A DNA stretch of 64,000 nucleotides from Utricularia gibba (taxonomy: Eukaryota; Plantae; Magnoliophyta): the NCBI GenBank assembly GCA_002189035.1, contig CM007990.1, positions 124,001-188,000 of the forward strand. The letters are read 5' to 3'. The position numbers were made by a program, and so were the translations under genes. The notes under the pieces are model-generated. The model searched no databases. It saw only the letters and a program-made list of their open reading frames with translations, and was not told where the DNA came from. This document shows positions 47,403 to 58,465 of the stretch, one piece after another. Each line of letters opens with the position of its first letter. Positions within the stretch are counted from its first letter, which is position 1.

Positions 47403-49650
47403 TTATTCCATCCCCATCGCGAAATCAGTGATGCTTTTCCGGGCGACGAACTCGGGCAGCAGCTGGGCGGAGAAGTTTTTCTGCCGCTGTAAGCTTAGGT
47501 TTTCGTACAGGCTCGTTGAATGCGGCGGGGCCGGGGAATTCATTAAACTGAATTCGCTGGTGCCTCCCATCTGGATGCGTTGATTCGGAATAAAACTCTG
47601 GTGGGCACCCTGGATGGAGATGTTCTCGCAGTGGGAATGTGGGAGGCCGAGTGTGAGCGAAACGCCGTTACCTGAATAAGCCGCCGGGGGGTACTGCTCC
47701 GTCGTGAAACGCCCCAGATCTCCGATTGAATAGGATCCGAACCCGCCGATGAAGTTGGTTGGGGCTCCGAGCAATGTGAACGCTGCTTCTCTGGCGATGC
47801 TGTTGTTATCTTCGTTTGTGGGCTCCGAGGCTAAGTTCATCGCCGGAATTGATCCCGGGGAGTGAAGAACGTCGCCGGCGGTTCTCAACTTCTTCGGACT
47901 CGCTTGCGCAATGCTTTCGAGGCCAGAGGAGGGTATTAGCTTAAACGCAGTGAAACTGTTCATCGGAGAAGTTACGGCGGTGGAAATCGAGGGATTCCGG
48001 AGAATTGGGCTTTCTTGCAAACTGGGTTTATTGCTCTGCTTCTCAGTCACCGGAGTCTTGGGTTGCGCCGCCGCTGATTTGGAGGTTGATTCATCGTTGT
48101 GTTCGTTTTTATCGTCGGACAAGTTACGCCCCTGCTCCCTCATTTCTTCCGTATACATCTCCTCCACCATCGGCTTCCACAGACGAACTCGAGCGTTGAT
48201 GAACCAATTCGACACCTGATTCCACATTATATTTCTCAAATTCACTCACACAAAACCCCAAACCCCTCAATGAATCTGATCAATCAATGGTCAATACCTG
48301 GCTCCTTGTGAGACCCGTTTGCTTAGCAAGCATCAGCTTATCAGAATCCTTGGGATACCTGGAGAAAAAATATATATATACTTGAGTTGAGAAGGAAAAC
48401 TGGAGGGCCGAATCCAATGACGTTTCTACTTACGGATGAAGAAAATGTTCGAAGAGCCAGGCACGGAGAACGGAGACGGATCGCTCCGGCAAGCCTCTCT
48501 GAGGTCTCCAAGCATTGTGCTGGATCATGCCGAGTTGCTGTAAAGCACGTTGCTGACGAATTTGATTGTCGACGTATTTGAGCCTTGAGCCCTCTGTTTT
48601 CCCATCAACGTTGTCCTCTTCGCCTAAGGTTCTGCTAGCAGTGCGAATTTGGTGAAGTATTGCGTCCTTTAGGCATCGGAATTGCTTTGAAATTGTCTGT
48701 AACGCTAGAGCTGTGTAGCTCTTGGCGGAGCCAATGCCGGCGTTTTGCTCGAACCATGAGATGACGCTCTGCATTTGGTGATGGTAATGTCGGTATCTCT
48801 GGTCGACCTGATGAACAAAAAGGTAAATTAATTTGAGAGATGGAGGGGGAAGAAGACGTCACTCGGTATCGTACCTCATCAAGCATATTGACAAGTTTGG
48901 CTTTCTTCATTTGAATTTCTTGTCGTTCTGCGGTGGTCAGATCGGAGTCACGTTTACTGCTGCCTTCCCCGCCACTTGGGCCATCGCCAGTGGTTGCAGC
49001 CACGGTAGCACCGGAGGAGGAATCTCCGAGGTTCTTGGCGTGAACATCATTACTGAATGGGGTCTTCGAGGACTCGGAGACGTTTTTGGTGCCTTTTCCG
49101 ACGTTGACAACTTCGTCGAGAAGCTCCTGGGCTGCCTTGAGATACTTGGAACTGAACAGTACGCTCTGAACCCCGGTGACGCCGTTAGAAACGGCGGAGG
49201 CGGAAGATGGGGACCCACCGGAGACTCTCAATTCGTCACCACCACCGCCGTAGCCATGCGGCTGCTGGGAAGATAAGCTCAACGATAAACCTTGCTGAGC
49301 GCGCGTGACGTCACGCGTCGCCGCGAGGTCGGCTTGTAGGTTGTAAAGATTATACGGGAAGAACCCGTAAGGCGCCGATATATCCTTCTCCTGATGCGAC
49401 ACCGGCCCATGGAGTGGGACTCCTGCGAAAGTCTGTGTCTGCGACGGCGGTGCGTTGGCGAGGCTACGGCCGTCCCCGCCGCCGAGTTCAAGAACACAAA
49501 GTTGTTGCCAGGCTGTTGCTGCTGCGTCGGTGTCGACGCCGGGTGTTGATTATCTGAATAACCGGCATAAGCGGGGTTCATCAGAATCAGCGTCTGCAAC
49601 CCATCTCCGCCGCTTTGAATCTCCGAGTTCCCATGAAAATACCCCGCCAT
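47403..49650 (-). CDS. BLH1: BEL1-like TALE homeodomain protein (BLH1-like), 4 exons, with an apparent 1-nt frameshift at 49474-49477
   Basis: [29 protein letters not shown] box [18 protein letters not shown] domain, homeodomain [12 protein letters not shown]...[38 protein letters not shown] and VSLTLGL. Exons are 49650-48875, 48807-48434, 48358-48298 and 48215-47403. Confidence 0.95.
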
Positions 49651-51645
49651 CGACCTCGGGAAAAACCACCACCTAACAACGGTTTCAAAACCAAATCAAA
49701 CCGCAAAACATAAAGGAAGAAAGAACAACAAAACACAAGATCAGAGCACATACAGCAGCGTGAACAGTTAACTGCACCTTCTCAAACCCAGGTCATCATT
49801 TCTTCTTCGCTGCAAGAAAAGCTGCAAACTTTGACTTCTCCCAAACCTGAAAATCTCGATTTCAAAAAGCCATCCAAAAAAAGTGGCCAAAACCAGGGGA
49901 AAGAAAACGAACAAGTAACACCCCAAATAAACTTCAAACTCGAAAAAAAGAAGAAAGTTGTTACTGTGTAATTCAGGAAAGGAAGATTGAGTGACCAGAA
50001 AGCGATTGGTTAAGCTAATTCAATTAGCATCCACGTGTTCCATAGATGAATCCTCATGGCTACTCAAGAACTACACCAGAACAAGATGCCTAGACTTACG
50101 AAAGCTAGCTATTTCTAGTAAATCTGCGAAGACAGAAGCCACAGATAGCTACAAGATTCACTCAAGAGTGCTGTGAGGAGAAGAAACTCAAGAATCCATA
50201 GCTTTCTGCAACTCTCTTTACCTTAAACTCTTGTTGGGTAAACAGCGGAAGAAAAGGAGAAGAAGATGATGAGAGAGATGGAGCTAAAAGACATGGAAAG
50301 AAAGAAAGATACCCATCTTTATGCACTCATTTATCCACACAAATTCCATCATTTCTCCCCTCACTTTCTTCAAAACAACAACAAAAATAAAACATCAAAA
50401 GCTACTGCCGTCAAAATCTTAACCTCTGAGAAAAACCTTGACCTCAGTCAAGGTAAAATTCCCTTAGGACAAGGACTAGGCCTGCCATCTTCGTAAAAAA
50501 AATGATCTTGTTGTTCATCCATTGTACTACTGTGTGTGCTCGGCCCATCCCTGCTGCTTTCAATATCAATAGGTACCCACATGAACCGAGTTTGCTGCAA
50601 TATTTTAAATACACAACACATGACACTGGGTTGTTGTTGATGTTGTGAAAGCAGAAAGCAAAAGAATCATAAGACGTCTCTTTCTTTGTGTTTCCAGTTT
50701 GCATAGAAACGCCATTATCAAAGTTGTGTCAGAAGATTCATCATGCAAACAAAACATCTGGGAACTACGAGGATACGTCAATTTCCCAGTTACCAGGCCG
50801 TACGCCCCCCCCAGTGAATTTTACCTTACTCCTCCCAATTCAAAATTCTACCCTCCAAAATTACACATGAAAATCCCCTCATTCTCCAATTTTCTTTCGG
50901 ATTGAAACTGTTTCTGTAAAATAATTCGCCTCTTCTGTTTGTCAAAATAGTTTAAATAGACGAAAGCCTTGCGTACTCTTCTTTACCCAGAACAAAATGA
51001 AAAAACATGTTTTTTTATTATGAAAAAATAATTTTTTTTCAAAGTTTGTTTTTGCTTACCAAGATGGAGTGGTGGGATGGGAGGGTCCCCCGGCTCCAAT
51101 TATTGCATCCTTTTCCTTTGGATTTTTCTTACGAATATTATAATATTTAAATTGGGGGATTTGAAGCTACGGTGTATTTGTGTGGTGGATGACAGAGTTT
51201 GCAGATAACGCAATTTAAAGTTGTCGAGGGACGCGGGACCAACTGCCATCAAACCTATTAAATCTAATTCTAAATTTTAGGTCCCGCTGCCAAGCCGTTT
51301 TATCCCTCCCCGATTTACAAAAATACAGGATAAATATAAAACGGCGTCGTACTACAAAAATCTCAAAATTAAAAAAACAAAAAACGCACAATATTCTCAT
51401 CTTTGTATTTTCCGTTTGAAGAAGTATTAATAAAAAAAATTGAGGTGGGGCCTTTTGGGGGCGAACCAGACGGGGCCCACCAGCGTGCCTATTGGTCAAT
51501 GACTTGAGGGCCACTTTCTTTTTGGCGTAAACACCAATTAGCAGCGGAGCGAATAATTAATTTGCTTTGGGTTTAAATACCATGATCGAATCATCGAAAC
51601 CATGCCCCCGTTTGTGCTCGATGTGGTTTCACGAGAAGAGGGGAG

Positions 51646-51673
51646 GCTGGCTGGCTGGCTGGCTGGCTGGCTG
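51646..51673. repeat. (GGCT)n tetranucleotide microsatellite
   Basis: About 7 units. A shorter (GGCT)n run is at about 23360-23379. Confidence 0.85.
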
Positions 51674-54600
51674 ATCCCCCTTTCCAAGATTCGGTGCATC
51701 ATACGCTTTTCAATCCTGCCTACAATGTGCTCTCCGCTTTGTTGCATACACAGATGCCATTCTCTACCTACGAAGAAGAAGCATCGCAGCAGATTTCGAC
51801 TAATAATTACGGTGTAGCGGATGAAAACACCGTGAAATTTCTACAAGGGGAAAATACAAAATTACAGGGACATAGAAATAGTGAAAAGGCAGAAGCTACT
51901 GGGGCGCAGTGAATGCAGGCACGTGCTAACTCTTGAGTTGATGAATGAATATACATACATACATACATGCACTTAAATTTCCTTTTAGAATACTTTTTTT
52001 GTAGTACTTTTAATTGGAAGCCTTTTATTTATTAAGGTAAAAAAGTTGTTGATGACTGACGAAAATACTTCTTCGCTCCAGTCCACTGGAGAGTCGAGGA
52101 GGGTGTTGGACGGGGCAACGACGCGGGTCGGGTGGATGGGTGGGTGGGGCGAGCAATCATCTTATTTTGGATCCTCTCGGCAGCCGTGAAAGTGTGGGTG
52201 ATAAGTTGGGCCCCACCGGGCCCGGCCCAATAGTAGGAAAAGTAGAAAAAACGGAGACACAAGTCAAGAAAGCGGCCAATGGGAAGGCAGCCGTGTACCC
52301 GGCGAGCAACTGCCTTTTCTATTTATTGCGCCGTGGCTCCTACAGTCACTGTCGGCAGGCCAGGTTTCTAGACGCCATTGGTCCACGTCGCCCGTGACGT
52401 TTTACTTGGAAATCGCCAACAAACGGAGACCCGGTCCGAGCTTGAATTTTCGCATCGACATTATGGGATCGGGTCTTGCTGTCCCGACGCGATCAATCAT
52501 TGGGTTGGATTGACTCCGTCGGGTGGGAGTGCGCGCATCAACTTCACCTGCCAATCAATCCTCTGCCTTCCTCGTGAGTTCAGATTGCTCTGTCAAATGA
52601 ACCCACCATGCAACTGCTAACTGGTTTAAGAAATGGTGGAGGAACGGCCACACCACGGGGGGCAACGTGGCCCTCGCCTCATCCTACAACACACAGCAGG
52701 AACGCTCTGACAATCTGACCCTGGCCTTCATTGATTAATGTAACACCCCGCTTTTCCAATATCAAATCGCAAGAGTTGCCGTGGTGGTTGTGTTCTGAGC
52801 AATTAGTGTGGCTCCTGAAATGTACAGGGATTTTGATGGAGATTTGTCGCGCCATTCAAGAAAAAATCATGTGTGAGTTAGATAGAGAGAAGGGAGGAGG
52901 AGGAGGAGCATCATCCATCCATGGGGGTTATCACTATCAGTCCCAATAAAAGTACACAAACATGTCCTCAACAGCCACCCAACCAAATCACTCCAATTCA
53001 ATACTTGTCACTTATGACGTTGAAATGTTTGATTGCTTCTCATTCATATCCGAACAAATAGGCATTTCTACTCTTTTCTTCCAAAGTTTAAAGGCATCTG
53101 CAGCAATGGCGGAACAAGGCATCAAGAACTATCTGTGCTTTTGATGTGCTCCACTGGGCATACGTGGGTATTTGCAGACCTAAAAAAAGGAATCACATTC
53201 AAAAACCCAATTTCAGGTGAATAAGAATGGGGATGGAAGAGGGATGTATGTTTGGGGTCTCCTACCCCTTATAAGGGACTGCACTCTCAATTCTGAGCTT
53301 GAAAAGTAGTGGATTGTGACCTTAAAGATGTGTCCCTTGGGTGCACACTCTGCCCATCCCAATAAAAATAATGGTAACAATCATGCAATGAAAAGATAGA
53401 AAAGAAAACCACTTGCAACAAAGACGTACGGTCAAACCTACCCTTTTTGTGTTTTCTACACTATAAACAAGTTTTTATTCTTTCTTTAATTATAGATTTA
53501 CTATTTTTATTTTCACGATGGGATGAGATTTCGTTTCTTTTTTCTTTTTTGTTTTCTTGGGTGCTAACGACGGTTACTTGGAACGAACACAAGTTTATGG
53601 GTGGTAGTTTATGTGCTCCAGGAAGGATTCGGTCTCCATCATGGAATTAGTGTGTGCGCATCGCTCGTATCAGCCCACTAATGGGTGGGCCTTCTCATAG
53701 GCCTCCAGGATGGAATTCGTGACCATGTTTCATAGCCCAATAATTAAAATGGCGAATAGCGATTGGTTTTTTTCTTTTTTTTTTTTTGGTTGTTAATTTT
53801 ATGTGTACTTCGACCATCTCTATGGGTTGGATGTCTACGATTGCCTTGCGGAAGAAGCCGACGATGGTGAAGCACAAGTCCCAGCAGAAAAAGCCCAAAA
53901 ATGGAGGTAGATTTCAAACTTAACTTTATTTTCATCCATGTGATATTGTTGTGGATTTTTTTACTTTGAACTCAACTCAAAGTCCGTGTTCTAGAATGCA
54001 TTGAGTGATATATTCGAGTTTATTCCCCCCAGTTCAGAGGATTCTTGAATCAGAGTACGTATATATGTATATTTTTTTCATATTCAGTGATGCAACTTCT
54101 TTGGTTGTATTATTTCTTGTTACAGGAATTGTCAGGGCAATTGGTTTCGTTGATGGCATATATATTTAATGCCAGGACCCGTCAAGCAAGTGCTGTGCGA
54201 TTGACAGCATTCTACTTTTTGGATCTCGTGTTCATTTTTCAGCATATGCAAAACCGGTATGCTTAATTGATCAGGTTTTGCACGTGGATGATGAATGCCG
54301 TCATATTTCTATTTCACTTCTACTTGGAGGCAACTGTTACGGTGGATTTTTTTGTCCAAAGCTATTGAGATGCCTTCCTGAAGAACCAGATATTAGAGGA
54401 CAGAACTCGAATACTTGATGGATTGCAACGATTTCTCTTCAATGTAGTGAAACACTGTTGAAAGGAGAAAAAAAGAAAGTGATAAATCAGTAGAGGAAAA
54501 GGTTTTCTTATCACCTTACTCTCTCAGCTCCAGTTCCTTCAGGTACTGGAGCAGAATTTTGGTGAATTCCACTATGAATGTCCTCTGCCACTATAGGCAG

Positions 54601-55773
54601 AAATGATGATGATTTCTTTCTGGTCATATTCTCTTCATTTGTTGTTACGCAGATGATTCCCCTGATAAAGCGTTGAATTTGATAGCTTTCAAGAGCATTA
54701 CCGATGATGTGCCCGTCATTGGTGACAATAATCTTCTTTCAAGATGTTGGAGAAATTAGTCGTTCATCAAATACCATCTCAATGTTTAACTCTTTATTTT
54801 CCAGTGACTTCGATCAGCTGTTTTTGGTCCTGTGCTATTGCATCCCCTTAAAATGAAGAGTTTTTCTTGCTTTGCTCCAGTAGTATAAACTACATGTGCA
54901 CAGGTTACTCGCGCTTTCCTCGGATTGCTCGTCACATTAGACTCAAAACCAACGGGGGATTCAAGTCACTACAGAGAATTGATAAGCAATAGCCTTCCAC
55001 AGTACCTGATCGACGGCGTGTCTGTGAGTGCCTTTTTTATTCCCACATTAGTTTCTCCAGCTGCTATTTCCTGATCTCTGCTCAGGTTACTTAATATTAC
55101 ACGAGCCTTTAGCCTTATGCTTTGATGCAGGAGTTCGGTGAAGTTTACATTGAGTGGGAGCCTTCCACCCTCAGCTGATTCCCCGGCTGAATATTCCCTT
55201 ATGCTGCGTTGCATCCTTTCCCTACTCCTCTACGTCTGCAAAGATGCAAGGGTGCTAAAAATCCTCGTGTCTTGGTTACACACCAGCGAGCTGGAGTCCA
55301 TGCTGCAAAATCTGCTCAGTTTTCTGGTATTATACACTGTGTGTGCCTTTTTTTAATCCCTGAAGTCCTAACATAAGGCTTTTGGCCCCCTCTTACAGCC
55401 TGTGTTCCCCCCTTGGGAGATTCGACCAATTAAGATCGATAATCGCACAGAGGGAGCGGCTGAAACAAGGTGGTTGTTAGGGGAGAGGTCCCTCCATGCC
55501 TTTGAATTCGTTCGTTGTTCGGTTGCTTGGGACCCAAGCAAGTTATCGTAGACAATCTGACGTGTCGTTTATGATTTCGGAGATTTGAAATAATCCGAGT
55601 AATTTCCGCAACGTAGCGGGGAAATTCAGATGTGGCCGCGCGGCTGCTTTCTTAAAGACCCTCTGTGCACCGCCTTACTGTGTATATGATGCAATCGTAA
55701 CCCTCCTCGTTCATCCCCTACCCAGCATTTCCGAATTCGTAGCGCCGGCCTCCGCAGCTACCTTGCTCGATCA

Positions 55774-56616
55774 ATGTCTGCGGCCGGCGGCATGTTTCTA
55801 GGCGGCGGTTTTGATTTCCCGGTGTTTTTCTTCGAGGGAGAACAGGAGATGTACGTCGGAGATGTGAGTATAAGTCCGTCAGTTGAGTACAAGTCTTTCC
55901 AGTTTACGATCAGCCGCAAGATCGGGGTTTCGCCTAACCAAATCTCGATATATCTCGTTGACCGGAGGAAAAATCCTAAACCTCCGTTCTCGGAGGCGCG
56001 GAGGAAGTTACCGATCACAGGAAAAGTCGACTTCGGTTCGATTTGTCGACACGTAGGGTGTTTCTTTCTCGTCGTGCTGAAAAGAACTCGAAAGTTTAGA
56101 AACCGGAGGGAGAAGACTGCGAGCGCCTTCGAGTTTGATGATATTTCCTCGGAATACAACTTCCCGCAGATCCTCATTCTGGATGAGGATGACCAGGCGA
56201 CCGCGGCCGCGGCGCAGTCGATGCAGAACGCTTCGCGCGATCGAATGCAGACACTGGTGGTTGAGAGGGAGAATCAACGAATGGGGAGGCGCGAGTTGGG
56301 TTTGAACCATCCTGAGCATACTCTCCACGACAGACTCAGCCACCACTCTGTTCCATGTCCAGGTCTGATCAGCAACCATCCGATTCAAGCTCAACCGATG
56401 CAGAACCAGTTTTCAAGAATCGTCAAAATGCCCAGGGTTTTCTGCGCAGAATGCGCAGATTCATCCGGGGAGACGACGCCGTTCCATCCTTGCGCAAACG
56501 ACTCAATACTCCTAGGGCACCACAAGTCAATGTTCGGGCCAATAACACAGCCTACTCCCCAGGTTTCTTCAGATGCCGTTCTCTACCCCTCTCTCTTCTC
56601 TCCTGCAGCCGAATGA
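55774..56616 (+). CDS. Uncharacterised plant-specific protein, single exon, 280 aa (recalled as DUF7138-like, unverified)
   Basis: The N-terminal block FPVFFFEGEQE..VGDVSISPSVEYKSFQFTISRKIGVSPNQISIYL...RRKLPITGKVDFGSI...CFFLVVLKR is followed by a C-terminal CAEC...FHPCAND...GPITQP motif. Confidence 0.85.
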   Translation: MSAAGGMFLGGGFDFPVFFFEGEQEMYVGDVSISPSVEYKSFQFTISRKIGVSPNQISIYLVDRRKNPKPPFSEARRKLPITGKVDFGSICRHVGCFFLVVLKRTRKFRNRREKTASAFEFDDISSEYNFPQILILDEDDQATAAAAQSMQNASRDRMQTLVVERENQRMGRRELGLNHPEHTLHDRLSHHSVPCPGLISNHPIQAQPMQNQFSRIVKMPRVFCAECADSSGETTPFHPCANDSILLGHHKSMFGPITQPTPQVSSDAVLYPSLFSPAAE

Positions 56617-56959
56617 ACCTTCTCAGCCGCCCCCATCTTTCTGCCTTGGTTTATTCGTCCTCTTCATTGATAAATAAAACGGCTAATGCTGGGATTAGAG
56701 CTCATACATATAGTTCCGGAGATGTTTAAAAATTGAAGAACTTTCTGTGGTTGTGATCTGGGAACGGATTTCTCATCCTTGCTGATTTGTACATTCTGAA
56801 ACCTGATATTAGCTTTGGGGCTCTTAGTTACCCCTTAAGGATCTAACATCTTCTTTGTGTTTGCAAATACTACAGTCGTGTTGATTCTGGTTCAGGAGCA
56901 TGCACCATTGGAGCTTAGGCTGGTAAAACAACGATCTTAGTGGCCCTAACCAGTGGACA

Positions 56960-58146
56960 GAGGAAAATCGTGGGGTGGAACTTTGGCGGGTAGCTGAAGG
57001 ACCAAATGGATGGTACATTCATCAGGCCTGAGATTTCTCCGGCCATTTTCTGCAGAAGCTCAGCTACCTTGGGAGCATCATCCCAGTCGTGGGTGTGTCG
57101 AAGATGACTACACCAGGAAAGCAACCACTCCTCCATCCCAGCAAACAGATCATAAGCACAGTCCAGTCGCCTAGCCTTGCCAAGACCATCAACCATGATA
57201 CCATATGTAACGGCAGACGGAACTAGGCCCAAGCGGGGATCCTCTCAAGCAACTCATAAGCGGGGAATTAACATGGTTGATATTCAGAGTTCTGAACAAG
57301 TCCAATGCATCCATCAATTATGAATAGTGGGATGCAAACCCTTTTCAGGAATTGGGTCCAACAAACCCCTTGCATCATCTGTTTTCCCGTTTCTGCACTT
57401 GAGATCCATCAGAATATTGAGCGACAAGGTGGTGGGTTGAAGGCCTCGATCCAGCGCCTGATGGAAAAAAAGCTTTCGCTTGCTCCCAATTACCCATCAC
57501 GCAGAAACCATGGATCAACGCATTGTATGCCGTCATGTCTGGTGAAATCCATCTGCGGACCTTCTCATGAGACAATCCTCATCAAACCCTTCTTACAAAC
57601 ACCGTGAATGAGACCAATGTAATACGACAAATTAGGGGTATAACTGAGCTCAGAAACCAAGCTTCCATTCGGATTTGCCTCAGCATCTCTCGCATATTTC
57701 AAACCACGCACGTCCCTCTAGTCAAAATCCCCCAGGGAAGTGTATTTGCAGACGTTCCCGTATGAATGCCTCTGTGAAGCAACAAAACCGCATCTCCATA
57801 CTTACCTTACAGAAACAGCTCCATAGCAAAGAGGATGATAACCCCTGTTCAAAATAGAAATTGAGCAAAATGTTCATCTCGATGAGATTAGGGGAATAAC
57901 CAGCATCCACCATTCCATCGAAGATAGAAAATAGCTCCGGGTACTTCTTAGCATATCTTACAAGCCGCATCCCATCTACTTGGCCGCGTTCCTCTGGATC
58001 CTTGTCCTTTTTGACACGAACCTCAAGTGGGTTCTTGGACAGGATCCTCGCAGTGGAAGGAGTATCGCTCCCATTTCGAGGAATTATAAAAAAGGGATGA
58101 AAGTCTAACCCTCTCCACCCTGAAGAGCAATTGTTCTGGAAAACAT
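56960..58146 (-). pseudogene. RFL-PPR pseudogene, a collinear but heavily deleted copy of the adjacent PPR gene
   Basis: Nucleotide blocks match 60586-58466 and 38563-40641 in order from ATGTTTTCCAGAACAATTGCTCT to AGGCCTGATGAA. It is about 1.2 kb versus 2.1 kb, with many frameshifting deletions and stops. Confidence 0.93.
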
Positions 58147-58465
58147 GCTGAAAGACTTCCCGGCAAGAACGCAGATTCTGCAACATTCAACGGGTTCTCA
58201 AGCAGAACCATTCCTACGATCATTTCACTTCGCGATGCAGCGAGCAATCAAATCTTTCCATCTCTTCAGATCGGCTCCGACGCATTGAAATTGCTAATGT
58301 GGGCCTAACAATAAACTGGGGCCCAAATTACTACAAGCCGACTCACTCACATAGGCCCAATTAACGCAAATGAGCAAATGTATCCTCAATGGAGAAACCC
58401 CAGTTAAATTCGCTGCGGTTTTCCACACAGATGCTACAACAAGAAGATGATGATGCCTGCCGGTG

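Noticed and set aside
23360-51673. Shared (GGCT)n tracts upstream of NGAL and BLH1 as a common regulatory element
   Set aside because: Two short microsatellites are not enough to infer function.
55213-55232. Partial match to the miR482/2118 family (tttccctactcctc)
   Set aside because: Only about 14 nt match, and no fold-back partner is visible.
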